Shown: positions 1 to 8,981, counted from the stretch's first letter. The stretch is DNA of 54,850 nucleotides from Candidatus Komeilibacteria bacterium CG11_big_fil_rev_8_21_14_0_20_36_20 (GCA_002787405.1 PCWQ01000014.1:1-54850), one strand, 5' to 3'. A program made the numbers and translations. Notes: generated by a model not told the origin, from the sequence alone.

Positions 1-233
1 TTTGATGTTTAATTGTTATTTCTACATAACCAATTATATCATCTGTCTATGTCGCATTTTTAATTAGAATAATACGGGAAAGAGGCAGTTTATACTAGAT
101 TGACATCTTTTCTAGTTCGCCTAAAATTTAATTTTAGGCGCTTTTTGTGATATTTATCAAGAAAATAATTGCCCAGCAAGAGCAAATATTTCCGATATTT
201 AATTTTATATTTCCTTGGTATGCACATAACTTT

Positions 234-833
234 TTAAATAAAAGTTCTTAAGATAGCCCGGACAATGCCTTGAATGGAAGGATTTTGAGCATAAATTGGC
301 TTCATGGTTTTATTAGCTGGCTGCAGTCGAATGCGGTCTTTTTCCCGATAATATTTTTTCAGGGTAGCATAAGTATTATCTAAAAGAGCTACCACCACGT
401 CACCATTTTTAGGATAGAAATTTCTTTCCACAATCACATAATCGCCATCTAAAATACCTTCTTCAATCATTGATTCGCCCCTGACCTTAAGAACATAGCT
501 ATTTTCATCCTTTACTAGAGTAGAGGGCACAGCGATCATTTCATTGTCTTGGATAGCTTCTATGGGCTCGCCAGCTGTAATTAGTCCGGCTAAAGGCAAT
601 TCAATTGATTGGCCAAAGCGATGCTTAATTATTTCTAGAGAACGAGCCATATTATGGCCACTCGTGATTAGACCTTTGTCTTCCAGAGCTTTAATATGTT
701 CGTGGACAGTGGCTGTAGAGGAGAGTCCAAAATAATCAGCAATTTCCCGATAGCTAGGAGCATAATCATTTGTTTGAATAAACTGGGTAATAAAGTCTAA
801 AATTTCTTTTTGTTTTTTAGTTAAATTTGGCAT
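234..833 (-). CDS. lexA: SOS repressor LexA
   Basis: N-terminal winged HTH (LTKKQKEILDFI...PSYREIA), Ala-Gly cleavage site (TAGEP), catalytic Ser (GESM) and Lys (TLKKY). Confidence 0.97.
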   Translation of the reverse strand: MPNLTKKQKEILDFITQFIQTNDYAPSYREIADYFGLSSTATVHEHIKALEDKGLITSGHNMARSLEIIKHRFGQSIELPLAGLITAGEPIEAIQDNEMIAVPSTLVKDENSYVLKVRGESMIEEGILDGDYVIVERNFYPKNGDVVVALLDNTYATLKKYYREKDRIRLQPANKTMKPIYAQNPSIQGIVRAILRTFI

Positions 834-860
834 ATATTTTTGTTAAAAACTTATACTTAT

Positions 861-890
861 ATTATATACCGAACAAAAACCGAAAGTCAA
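861..890 (-). promoter_or_regulatory. lexA sigma70 promoter with candidate LexA operator in the spacer
   Basis: Minus strand TTGACT-18-TATAAT; spacer holds the direct repeat CCGAA-N6-CCGAA (GAAC-N7-GAAA). Confidence 0.55.
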
Positions 891-899
891 GGATAATCC

Positions 900-908
900 T
901 GTGGATAA
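900..908 (-). promoter_or_regulatory. DnaA box
   Basis: TGTGGATAA is the reverse complement of the perfect consensus TTATCCACA. Confidence 0.5.
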
Positions 909-1055
909 GTAAAATTATCATATTTAAATAAGATTTTTATTTAAAATGAAGTCAGACCTTCCTGCCCGCTGAAGCTCTGAGTGTTGGCGAGAAGCAAAGA
1001 AGGGTGGACAACGCAACCTTTCTTCGGAGTTTAAAAACAACTCCTAAGTAAATTA

Positions 1056-1100
1056 TAAAATCCCCGCTAATCTAGATAGATCGGCGGGGTGTTTTCTTTT
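1056..1100. terminator. Intrinsic terminator downstream of the PEGA gene
   Basis: CCCCGCT...CGGCGGGG hairpin flanked by A- and T-rich tracts. Confidence 0.55.
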
Positions 1101-1112
1101 TGATTTATTATT

Positions 1113-2405
1113 TTATTGTATAGTTAAATAAAAATTTTCTTCAGGAGTTAAGATAAAAAGCTTGTCTCCTTTTTTGTTAAATAAATACATTTTTTTCCAA
1201 GGATCATCTAAAAGTTCTACTGAATTACGTTGGTCTCGACCGTCAACTTCAGTGATTTTGGTTTTTTCATTGACTTCGCTGATAAAATAACTGCCATTGG
1301 GGTGCCACAAAATATCAGAGACGATTTGCGAAGAGCGATCAATCAACTGCTGTTGACTTTCTTTATAATTATAGAGAACAATTTCATAGCCATTAGTTAA
1401 CAAAAGATTATTATCATGAAGATCGGCTTTGGTAATAGGAATCAAAACTGGTTCTTGATAAATATTTTGAATATATAATGTTGAGCCAATGGTAAAGAGC
1501 AGGTGCCGTTCATCAGCCATTAGGACGTCTAGTTTGCCCAGATTAACATCAGAAATAGTTTGAACAGGGGATAGATTATTTTTATTTAATTGTTCGACGT
1601 AATTGTTTTTATTGTTGGTGTATTGAATAATTAAATAATCATTAAATAAGGCAAAATCATTAATTGTTTTCTCGCTGTCAAAATCAATTGGCTGGGGTTG
1701 GTGATTGACAATTTGGGTGTTGTAGCGAAATATTTTTTCATCTTTGGTATACCAAATAATATTCGATTCTTTATTATCCCAGATAATTTTTTCTATAGCA
1801 GAAAGAGGGAGCCATTGGATTTCTTTTTGGTTAAGGTCAAAAGTATAATAGAGCTCTTCTTTTTTGATTAATAGAAATTGGTTATCAAGCGACCAGTCAA
1901 CTAAATTATAAGCTTGTCCAAGAGTAAAAATAAGGAAATTTTTATCCTGGTTGACATCAGTAATAAACAGTCGGTTTTGTTCATCCAAATAAGCATATTT
2001 ATCCTTATTTTTATTAATTAAAAATTCAACACTACCTGAACCAAGTTCGGTTTTTTCTTGATTTTCTAAAAATAAAACAACATCTTCCACAAAAGTTGTT
2101 TCACCTGAGTAAACAGATAGTTTTTTCTGCCAGGGGGTATAGTTATTTTTAGTTATTTTAAGCGTATAGGTGCCGGGGGCAAGATTAGTTATTTGTTTAG
2201 GAGTTTTATGTTTTGATTTGAGGTCATTAATGTAAATTTCAGCGTTGCGAGGATAAGATTTAATATAAAAAGCACCTGTTTTTTCTATCATGCCAATATC
2301 AAAATTATATCTAAAGCCGGAAGCATAGAGGATTAATAGTGGTGTGACAATAAAAAACAATAGTAGAAAGAATGAATATGTAACTCTTCTGAGGGCTATT
2401 CCCAT
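1113..2405 (-). CDS. PEGA-domain membrane-anchored protein with C-terminal beta-propeller
   Basis: N-terminal TM helix, YASGFR motif, PEGA signature (IKSYPRNAEIYIN...LAPGTYTLKITKNNY), WHPNG-type blade motifs. Confidence 0.8.
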   Translation of the reverse strand: MGIALRRVTYSFFLLLFFIVTPLLILYASGFRYNFDIGMIEKTGAFYIKSYPRNAEIYINDLKSKHKTPKQITNLAPGTYTLKITKNNYTPWQKKLSVYSGETTFVEDVVLFLENQEKTELGSGSVEFLINKNKDKYAYLDEQNRLFITDVNQDKNFLIFTLGQAYNLVDWSLDNQFLLIKKEELYYTFDLNQKEIQWLPLSAIEKIIWDNKESNIIWYTKDEKIFRYNTQIVNHQPQPIDFDSEKTINDFALFNDYLIIQYTNNKNNYVEQLNKNNLSPVQTISDVNLGKLDVLMADERHLLFTIGSTLYIQNIYQEPVLIPITKADLHDNNLLLTNGYEIVLYNYKESQQQLIDRSSQIVSDILWHPNGSYFISEVNEKTKITEVDGRDQRNSVELLDDPWKKMYLFNKKGDKLFILTPEENFYLTIQ

Positions 2406-2463
2406 CTTGTTAGAAATTTAATTTTGCGGTATCATTTAGGATGTAGTTTATTATCACTATACT

Positions 2464-3762
2464 ATGTCTGAATTTATTATTCAAGGCGGTAATACCTTGC
2501 ACGGTAATATCAAAGTGGCTGGTTTTAAAAATGCAGCTACGCCTATTATTGCTGCTAGTATTTTAACTAAAGAGGAAATAATTTTGCATAACGTTCCTTT
2601 AATTGAGGATGTTAAAAAGATGTTGCAGATAATTGTCTCAATGGGCGCTAAAGTCAATTGGTTAGATAAAAACAGCGTTAAAATTGATAATTCCCAATTG
2701 AATCCGGATAAGATAGATATGACGGTCGTTAGTTGTCTGCGTTCTTCAATTTTATTAATGGGGGCACTTTTAGCCCGTTTTGGTAAGGTTAGAATCAAAG
2801 AGCCAGGTGGCTGTCAGATCGGAGCTCGTTCCATGGACGTGCATTTCAGGGCTTTGGAACAATTGGGTGTTGAGATTAAGTCAGATGATAATCAATATAT
2901 TTTGAAGAAAGTTAAACCGGCCCAAGAAGAGATAGTTATGACCGAGATATCTGTGACAGCCACGGAAAATATTATTTTGGCGGCTGCTTTAAATCAAGGT
3001 ACGGTTTCAATTCGATTAGCCGCTAGTGAACCGCATGTGCAGGATCTTTGTTGGTTTTTAGAAAGTTTAGGGGTTGAAATTAAGGGAATTGGCAGTCATG
3101 ATTTGATAATCAAGGGAGCTACTATATTACACGGCGGAGAATATACTATTATTCCTGATTTGATAGAAACCGGCACTTTTATTAGTTTGGCCGGAGCAAC
3201 CCGTTCTAAAATTACCATTGAAAATACAGCCCCGCAGTTTATAGCTTTAGAATTAGAAAAATATAAAGAAGTTGGCTTAAAGTTGGAGATTGAGTATCTT
3301 AATCAAGATCCTCAAGGACATTATAAATTAGCCAACATCAAGGTTGACGGCAAAGTTAATTTAAAAGCTATCAAAAAATTGCATGATATGCCTTATCCCG
3401 GTTTTGCGGCTGATTTAATTCAGCCGTTTGCAGTTTTAATGACTCAAGCTAAGGGTACTTCTTTAATTCATGATTGGATGTATGATGGGCGTTTAAAATA
3501 TATCTCCGAGTTAAAGAAGATGGGGGCCAATATTGTTGTTTCTGATCCTCATCGAGTAGTGGTTATTGGACCGTCGCCTCTTTTTGGTAAAGAAATCAAT
3601 AGTTTTGATCTACGGGCCGGGGCCACTTTAATTATTGCCGCTTTAGCTGCTTCAGGCACCAGTACGGTGACTAATATTTATCAGGTTGATCGGGGTTATG
3701 AGCAATTGGATTTGCGTTTAGCAAATTTAGGAGCTAGAATTAAACGCATTAATGATCAATAA
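2464..3762 (+). CDS. murA: UDP-N-acetylglucosamine 1-carboxyvinyltransferase
   Basis: KNAA, PGGCQIGAR with catalytic Cys, DLRAGA and DRGYE motifs. Confidence 0.97.
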   Translation: MSEFIIQGGNTLHGNIKVAGFKNAATPIIAASILTKEEIILHNVPLIEDVKKMLQIIVSMGAKVNWLDKNSVKIDNSQLNPDKIDMTVVSCLRSSILLMGALLARFGKVRIKEPGGCQIGARSMDVHFRALEQLGVEIKSDDNQYILKKVKPAQEEIVMTEISVTATENIILAAALNQGTVSIRLAASEPHVQDLCWFLESLGVEIKGIGSHDLIIKGATILHGGEYTIIPDLIETGTFISLAGATRSKITIENTAPQFIALELEKYKEVGLKLEIEYLNQDPQGHYKLANIKVDGKVNLKAIKKLHDMPYPGFAADLIQPFAVLMTQAKGTSLIHDWMYDGRLKYISELKKMGANIVVSDPHRVVVIGPSPLFGKEINSFDLRAGATLIIAALAASGTSTVTNIYQVDRGYEQLDLRLANLGARIKRINDQ

Positions 3763-3776
3763 TAGAAAAATTTAAA

Positions 3777-5045
3777 ATGGATCAATTTCAAACTGATATA
3801 ACTACTTCTGTAGAGAAAAAAAATCCTTGGTGGAAAAAGATTGCCAAGGTTTATGCTTTAGTTTTTGTTTTAGCCATTATTTTTATAATTGGAGTGGCTG
3901 TGGGGAGCACCCCTTCTTATCCTCAAACTTCTCAAGAAGTGTTAGAACAAACTAGTAACGAGTTAGCTGATATTTTTTCCGGCAATGATCAAATTAAAGT
4001 TGGTTTATTTGGTGAAGTCTGGGATATTATTCATGAAGATTATCTATACAAGAGTAGTGTCAGCGACCGCGATTTGTTTTATGGGGCTGTTTCGGGCATG
4101 GTTTACGCTTTAGGCGATTCCCACTCTGTTTTTTTGAATCCGGAGATTACAGATGAGTTCACTCGAGAGTTAAATGGTAGTTTTTATGGTATCGGCATTG
4201 AAATTGGCAAAAGAAAGGGTTATTTAGTCGTTATCTCTCCTTTAGCTGATTCTCCGGCAGAAAGAGCTGGTTTAAAGCCCGGTGATAAAATCTTAGCAGT
4301 AGATAATTATGATCTAACAGATGCATCTGTAGATGAAGCAGTAACTTTAATTAGAGGTGATAGAGGCAGCGACGTCACTCTGATGATTTTGTCAAAAAAT
4401 GAGACTTCCACCAAAGAAGTGACTATTACTCGTGATAAAATAGATATACCAAGCGTTGAATATAATTTGGAAGATGATATCGCTATTATTAAAATTACTG
4501 ATTTTAATAATGACACCGGTGATCGTTTTATTAAAGCGGCTCAAAAGGTGCTGCGGGATAATCCAAGGGGCATTATTCTTGATTTACGCAATAATCCTGG
4601 CGGTTATTTAAGTACAGCCGTGGAGATAGCCAGTAGTTGGCTCGAGCCCGGTCAAGTAGTAGTCAGGGAGTCTTTTAGCGATAAGCATAAAGATAAAAGT
4701 TATGAGGCCCTAGTAAAGGACAGTTTAGCTAATTTTAAGACAATTGTGTTAGTTAATGATGGATCTGCTTCTGCTTCAGAGATTGTAGCTGGTGCTTTAC
4801 AGGATTATGGTCAGGCCACGATTGTCGGCGAAACAACTTTTGGTAAAGGTTCAGTTCAACAATTAATTTCTTTAGAAGATGGTTCCTCTGTAAAATTAAC
4901 CACAGCTGATTGGTTAACTCCCAATGGTCGGACTATTGAAAATCAGGGCATCACTCCAGATATTGAAATTAATTTAACAATAGAGGATTATGAAAATGAT
5001 TTAGATCCGCAAATGGACAAAGCAAAAGAACTAATTTTTGAATAA
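3777..5045 (+). CDS. ctpA: C-terminal processing peptidase, S41A family with PDZ domain
   Basis: GIGI PDZ loop, DLRNNPGG, SASASEI and TFGKGSVQ motifs. Confidence 0.93.
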   Translation: MDQFQTDITTSVEKKNPWWKKIAKVYALVFVLAIIFIIGVAVGSTPSYPQTSQEVLEQTSNELADIFSGNDQIKVGLFGEVWDIIHEDYLYKSSVSDRDLFYGAVSGMVYALGDSHSVFLNPEITDEFTRELNGSFYGIGIEIGKRKGYLVVISPLADSPAERAGLKPGDKILAVDNYDLTDASVDEAVTLIRGDRGSDVTLMILSKNETSTKEVTITRDKIDIPSVEYNLEDDIAIIKITDFNNDTGDRFIKAAQKVLRDNPRGIILDLRNNPGGYLSTAVEIASSWLEPGQVVVRESFSDKHKDKSYEALVKDSLANFKTIVLVNDGSASASEIVAGALQDYGQATIVGETTFGKGSVQQLISLEDGSSVKLTTADWLTPNGRTIENQGITPDIEINLTIEDYENDLDPQMDKAKELIFE

Positions 5046-5058
5046 TCAATTAGTATGA

Positions 5059-5141
5059 ATCCCGTTAGAAATTCCCGAATTTTAGCGGGTGCATAAATTA
5101 AATTTTATTTAATTAGTTGTTACTATAATTTCTAACGGGAT
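5059..5141. repeat. MITE-like element with 15-bp perfect inverted repeats
   Basis: ATCCCGTTAGAAATT (5059-5073) and AATTTCTAACGGGAT (5127-5141); second copy at 31971-32040. Confidence 0.8.
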
Positions 5142-6750
5142 GAAACAAACAAAATTTATTTTTATAACTGGAGGAGTTTGTTCCGGCTTGGGCAAAGGAA
5201 TTGCTTCAGCATCAGTCGGAGCGATTTTAAGGGCCTCTGGTTATTCTGTTTTTACTTTAAAATTAGATCCTTATTTAAATGTTGATCCGGGAACCATGAG
5301 CCCTTATCAGCACGGCGAAGTTTATGTTACTGATGACGGAGCAGAAACTGATTTAGATTTAGGTCATTATGAAAGATTTATTGACACTAATTTATCAGAA
5401 TTGTCTAATTTAACCACCGGGCAGATTTATGAAAAAGTTTTAAAAGGTGAGCGTGCTGGGCATTATTTAGGAAAAACAATTCAAATTATTCCTCATATTA
5501 CTGATGAAATTAAAAATTATATTAAAAAGGCGGCGGTTGAAAGTAAAGCGGATTTTTTATTGTTAGAATTAGGAGGTACGGTTGGTGATATTGAAGGCGA
5601 ACCATATCTGGAAGCAGCTCGTCAGTTCCAACGGGAAGTTGGCCGAGAAAATGTGATGTTGATTCATTTGACTTTATTGCCGTTCCTGAAGGCATCCAGC
5701 GAATTAAAAACCAAACCCACACAAGCGTCAGTCAGGGAGTTATACCGCCGTGGTTTGCAGCCGGATATTATTTTAGCTCGTAGTGATAAAAAATTAACCA
5801 AAGAAGTAATTAGTAAAATTGCTCTCTTTGCCGATGTCAAGGAAGAGGCGGTGATTCCGGCCCAGACCGTCAAAACTATCTATGAAGTTCCTTTGTCTTT
5901 TGAGAAAAAGTATAAAATTTCCAGAATTATTTTTAATCGTTTGAATTTGCCGACCAGAAAACCAAAACTTGATGAATGGGAGAAGTTTATTAAGAAAATT
6001 AAAAGTACTAAGAAAAAATTGTCTATTGCCTTAGTTGGCAAATACAATGAAAATATTGACGCTTATATTAGTGTGGTGGAAGCCATTAAGTCAGCTTGTT
6101 ATCACAATAATGTTGATTTAAATTTGGTTTGGGTTAGTTCAATTAAATTGGAGAAGAAAGATAAAGCAGAGTTAAGAAAATTAGATAAAGTTGCTGGTAT
6201 TGTCGTGCCGGGTGGTTTTGGCTATCGGGGTATTGAAGGTAAAATTATGGCCGCTAAATATGCCCGCGAGCATAAGAAGCCATATCTGGGCTTATGTTTG
6301 GGTATGCAAGTGGCTACAATTGAATTTACCAGGCATGTGTTAAATACTAAAGATGTCAATTCTACTGAATTTGATCCCAAGACTGCTAATCCGGTTATTC
6401 ATATCTTGCCGGGGCATACTGCAGATGAAGATAAGGGTGGTACTTTAAGATTAGGCGCCTATCCTTGTGTCTTGGATAAAAATTCCCTTAGCTACAAAGC
6501 ATATGGGCAGCCCAAAATAGAGGAAAGACACCGCCATCGCTATGAATTTAATATGGATTATTATCAGCCATTGGAAGAAGCAGGCATGCGTTTTGCCGGA
6601 CTTTCACCGAATAAAAAATTAGTGGAAATCATTGAATTAAGAGACCATCCGTTTTTTGTCGCTTCTCAATTTCATCCGGAATTCAAATCTCGGCCACTTA
6701 GACCCCATCCATTATTTAGAGATTTTATTAAAGCCAGTTTGAAAGTTTAG
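5140..6750 (+). CDS. pyrG: CTP synthase
   Basis: TGGVCSGLGKG, DPYLNVDPGTMSP, GATase motifs LCLGMQ and QFHPEF. Confidence 0.98.
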   Translation: MKQTKFIFITGGVCSGLGKGIASASVGAILRASGYSVFTLKLDPYLNVDPGTMSPYQHGEVYVTDDGAETDLDLGHYERFIDTNLSELSNLTTGQIYEKVLKGERAGHYLGKTIQIIPHITDEIKNYIKKAAVESKADFLLLELGGTVGDIEGEPYLEAARQFQREVGRENVMLIHLTLLPFLKASSELKTKPTQASVRELYRRGLQPDIILARSDKKLTKEVISKIALFADVKEEAVIPAQTVKTIYEVPLSFEKKYKISRIIFNRLNLPTRKPKLDEWEKFIKKIKSTKKKLSIALVGKYNENIDAYISVVEAIKSACYHNNVDLNLVWVSSIKLEKKDKAELRKLDKVAGIVVPGGFGYRGIEGKIMAAKYAREHKKPYLGLCLGMQVATIEFTRHVLNTKDVNSTEFDPKTANPVIHILPGHTADEDKGGTLRLGAYPCVLDKNSLSYKAYGQPKIEERHRHRYEFNMDYYQPLEEAGMRFAGLSPNKKLVEIIELRDHPFFVASQFHPEFKSRPLRPHPLFRDFIKASLKV

Positions 6751-6754
6751 AGAT

Positions 6755-6792
6755 AATAAAATAACCCCTTTTCTAAAGGGGTATTTATTTTT
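6755..6792 (+). terminator. pyrG terminator
   Basis: ACCCCTTT/AAAGGGGT hairpin followed by a T-rich tract. Confidence 0.75.
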
Positions 6793-6797
6793 AATAA

Positions 6798-6987
6798 AAA
6801 TAAAAAGGGATCAGCCGAAGCCAATCCCTATGGGTGCCTGCATATTTTATGGAGGCAGTATTATAAGGCTCGGTGTCTTATTTACAGACACCATTTGCTT
6901 GGGTAGAGGGGGGCTGGAACTACCCGAAGCGGGGAGGCATTTGTGTAAGAGCACCGAACCATTTTAATTTAATCAAAGGACTGTTAC
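6798..6987 (-). ncRNA. Candidate structured small RNA (6S-like rod, hairpin and UUCG terminator)
   Basis: TTGACA-17-TAAGAT promoter at 7022-6994; stems 6946-6960/6867-6880 and 6920-6930/6897-6906; terminator AGGGAUUGGC-UUCG-GCUGAUCCCU-UUUU; G-U pairs fit only the minus strand. Confidence 0.6.
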
Positions 6988-7135
6988 TTGAGTATCTTAT
7001 ATTATTTTTAAATAGATGTCAACCACTTTAGAGGATTTACCTCTAACGGAGTCAGGTTTTTAAAAACTTGCTTCTAATAAATTTTAATAATATAATCTAG
7101 TTGAAAATAAAAGTACTTTACAAAGGAGATAGAAA

Positions 7136-8548
7136 GTGAAAAAAACACTAATGTTTGTTGTCCTCTTCGGCCTCTTAATTACTAATTTAAGTTGGGCTGA
7201 TTGGCCAATGTTTCAGAGAGATACTCGACATACTGGTCGGGCCAATATTATAGCCGCTCAAACCAATAATCTGAAATGGCAGCTTGATTTAGGAGTGAAT
7301 ATTTCACCCTATGGCGGACCTAGTGTGGGCCTGTATAATGGTTCTCGACGCATTGTGGTAGGAACTGATGATGGCGTTTACGTCATTGATACTAGTGGTT
7401 TTATTTTTGAGCATATTTCTACCGGTTTCCCTGTAGAGACAGTGGTGGCTATTTACAATAATACTCTTTACTTCGGAGCTGGTGATACTCTCTATGCTTA
7501 TCAGCCAAGTGGGCTATATTGGAGTCAACCCTTAGACGATAATGATCTTACTCATGTCACTATTCAGGGTGACACAATTTATGTCTGCGACGAAGATCGG
7601 CTCTGGTCGTTTAGCTTAAGTGGCGATTTTTACTGGATGAGTGACAACTTGAGCGGCAATATCATCTATGCCGCTCCAGCTGTAGACCAAGAAGGTAATG
7701 TTTATGTGGTTAGTAGTCAGGCCCTTTGGGACGACTATGTGCTCTATGCTTATCGTTCAAACGGCAATTTATGGTGGTCTTATGACTACCTTGCCTTTGA
7801 AGGAAATGGAGTGCAGATGACGCCTACTCTTGATAGAGAAGGTAATGTTTATCTGGCTACCTATTGGTCCAGTTTTTGGCCCAGTAGCATCCAGTCACTC
7901 AAAGATGGCGATCGCAATTGGAAACATAGTGCAGAAGCGTTGCATTCCTCGCCAGCTTATCATAACGGGGTGATCTATTACGGCACCACTGAAGGACTAG
8001 AAGCGCGTTCTTCTGACGGAACTCTACTTTGGGCCTATTATACGCCGAGCGCTGTTAAATATTCCTCACCGGCTATTGGTAGAGATGGAACTATTTATAT
8101 TGGCACTGAAGGAGGTAGATTTTTAGCCATTACTAATAGCGGCGGTGCTAAATGGAGTTCAGATGTTTTGCAGTCGGCTGCTAGTTCACCAGCGATTGAT
8201 GAAAATGGCGTGGTTTATGTGGCGGCCGGACAATCTTTATTTGCCTTTGCCGATTCTACAACCGATTTGCCACCTGACAATAGTAATCTAGCTGCTCCCA
8301 CTCATATTTTTATTTATCCCAATCCTTTTAATTCATCTGCTAAGATCAGTTATTATCTTACTGAAGCAGGATGGGTAAAAATAGACTTATATGATATTAG
8401 GGGGAGTCACATCAAAGCTTTAGCTAACCAGCCACAAGACAAAGGTCAACATCAGGTTTCTTTATCCGGTTTAAGTAGCGGGATTTACTTTGTTCGTTTC
8501 AAGACTAATAATTATTCGCATACCAAGCGGGCAACAGTGATTAAGTGA
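7136..8548 (+). CDS. Secreted PQQ/BamB-type beta-propeller with T9SS/FlgD-like C-terminal Ig domain
   Basis: Signal peptide, WPMFQRD.RHTGR start, repeated SSPAI..DG blades, tail YPNPFN...LSSGIYFVR; SD AAGGAG before a GTG start. Confidence 0.85.
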   Translation: MKKTLMFVVLFGLLITNLSWADWPMFQRDTRHTGRANIIAAQTNNLKWQLDLGVNISPYGGPSVGLYNGSRRIVVGTDDGVYVIDTSGFIFEHISTGFPVETVVAIYNNTLYFGAGDTLYAYQPSGLYWSQPLDDNDLTHVTIQGDTIYVCDEDRLWSFSLSGDFYWMSDNLSGNIIYAAPAVDQEGNVYVVSSQALWDDYVLYAYRSNGNLWWSYDYLAFEGNGVQMTPTLDREGNVYLATYWSSFWPSSIQSLKDGDRNWKHSAEALHSSPAYHNGVIYYGTTEGLEARSSDGTLLWAYYTPSAVKYSSPAIGRDGTIYIGTEGGRFLAITNSGGAKWSSDVLQSAASSPAIDENGVVYVAAGQSLFAFADSTTDLPPDNSNLAAPTHIFIYPNPFNSSAKISYYLTEAGWVKIDLYDIRGSHIKALANQPQDKGQHQVSLSGLSSGIYFVRFKTNNYSHTKRATVIK

Positions 8549-8553
8549 TTGTC

Positions 8554-8608
8554 AAAAAACACCCTTTAACTTTTCGAGCTAAAATTCGATTTGCTGAGGG
8601 TGTTTTTT
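8554..8608 (+). terminator. Composite hairpin terminator
   Basis: AAAAAACACCCT...AGGGTGTTTTTT; related to 10408-10462. Confidence 0.7.
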
Positions 8609-8629
8609 ATTTAAATAATTTTTAAATTA

Positions 8630-8658
8630 TTGACATTTTATTAGAAAAATATTATGAT
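8630..8658 (+). promoter_or_regulatory. sigma70 promoter of tRNA-Gln(TTG)
   Basis: TTGACA-17-TATGAT. Confidence 0.75.
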
Positions 8659-8680
8659 TAGTCGCGTATTATATTTATAT

Positions 8681-8754
8681 TCGGGGATCGTCTAATGGTA
8701 GGACACCTGGTTTTGGTCCAGGCAATCGGGGTTCGAGCCCCTGTCCCCGAGCCA
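8681..8754 (+). tRNA. tRNA-Gln(TTG)
   Basis: Acceptor TCGGGGA/TCCCCGA, anticodon arm CCTGG-TTTTGGT-CCAGG, GTTCGA T-loop, encoded CCA. Confidence 0.96.
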
Positions 8755-8770
8755 CGCATAGCGTGGCGGA

Positions 8771-8821
8771 GGGGTTTGCACCCAGACGAAGCCCAAAGGG
8801 CGGAGTCGGGTCCCCGAGCCA
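8771..8821 (+). repeat. Degenerate duplicate of the tRNA-Gln 3' end with an inserted hairpin
   Basis: GTCCCCGAGCCA (8810-8821) is identical to 8743-8754; GGGGTTTGCACCC resembles the T-arm. Confidence 0.7.
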
Positions 8822-8981
8822 ATGAATTTTATTATATTTATTAGTTCTAAAAATTTGCTTTGGATGAAGCATTTTTTTGATCTTGACATTTTATTGATAA
8901 TATGCTTAAATGGAGCATTAATTTACATAACTTTTGTAAACGTACCTATAAATAAACATCCTAATTAAAGGAGACATTGTA

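Noticed and set aside
890-960. Replication origin
   Set aside because: Only one perfect DnaA box was seen and there is no dnaA or dnaN nearby.
6882-6962. 26-codon minus-strand ORF (MVRCSYTNASPLRVVPAPLYPSKWCL)
   Set aside because: It has no SD and is buried in a stable stem; the RNA structure explains the sequence better, though the ORF is not fully excluded.
6798-6987. SRP RNA or tmRNA identity for the ncRNA candidate
   Set aside because: It lacks the SRP helix-8 GNRA motif and tRNA-like ends.
8675-8889. Two 65-aa minus-strand ORFs
   Set aside because: They are antisense to tRNA-Gln(TTG) and are shadow ORFs.
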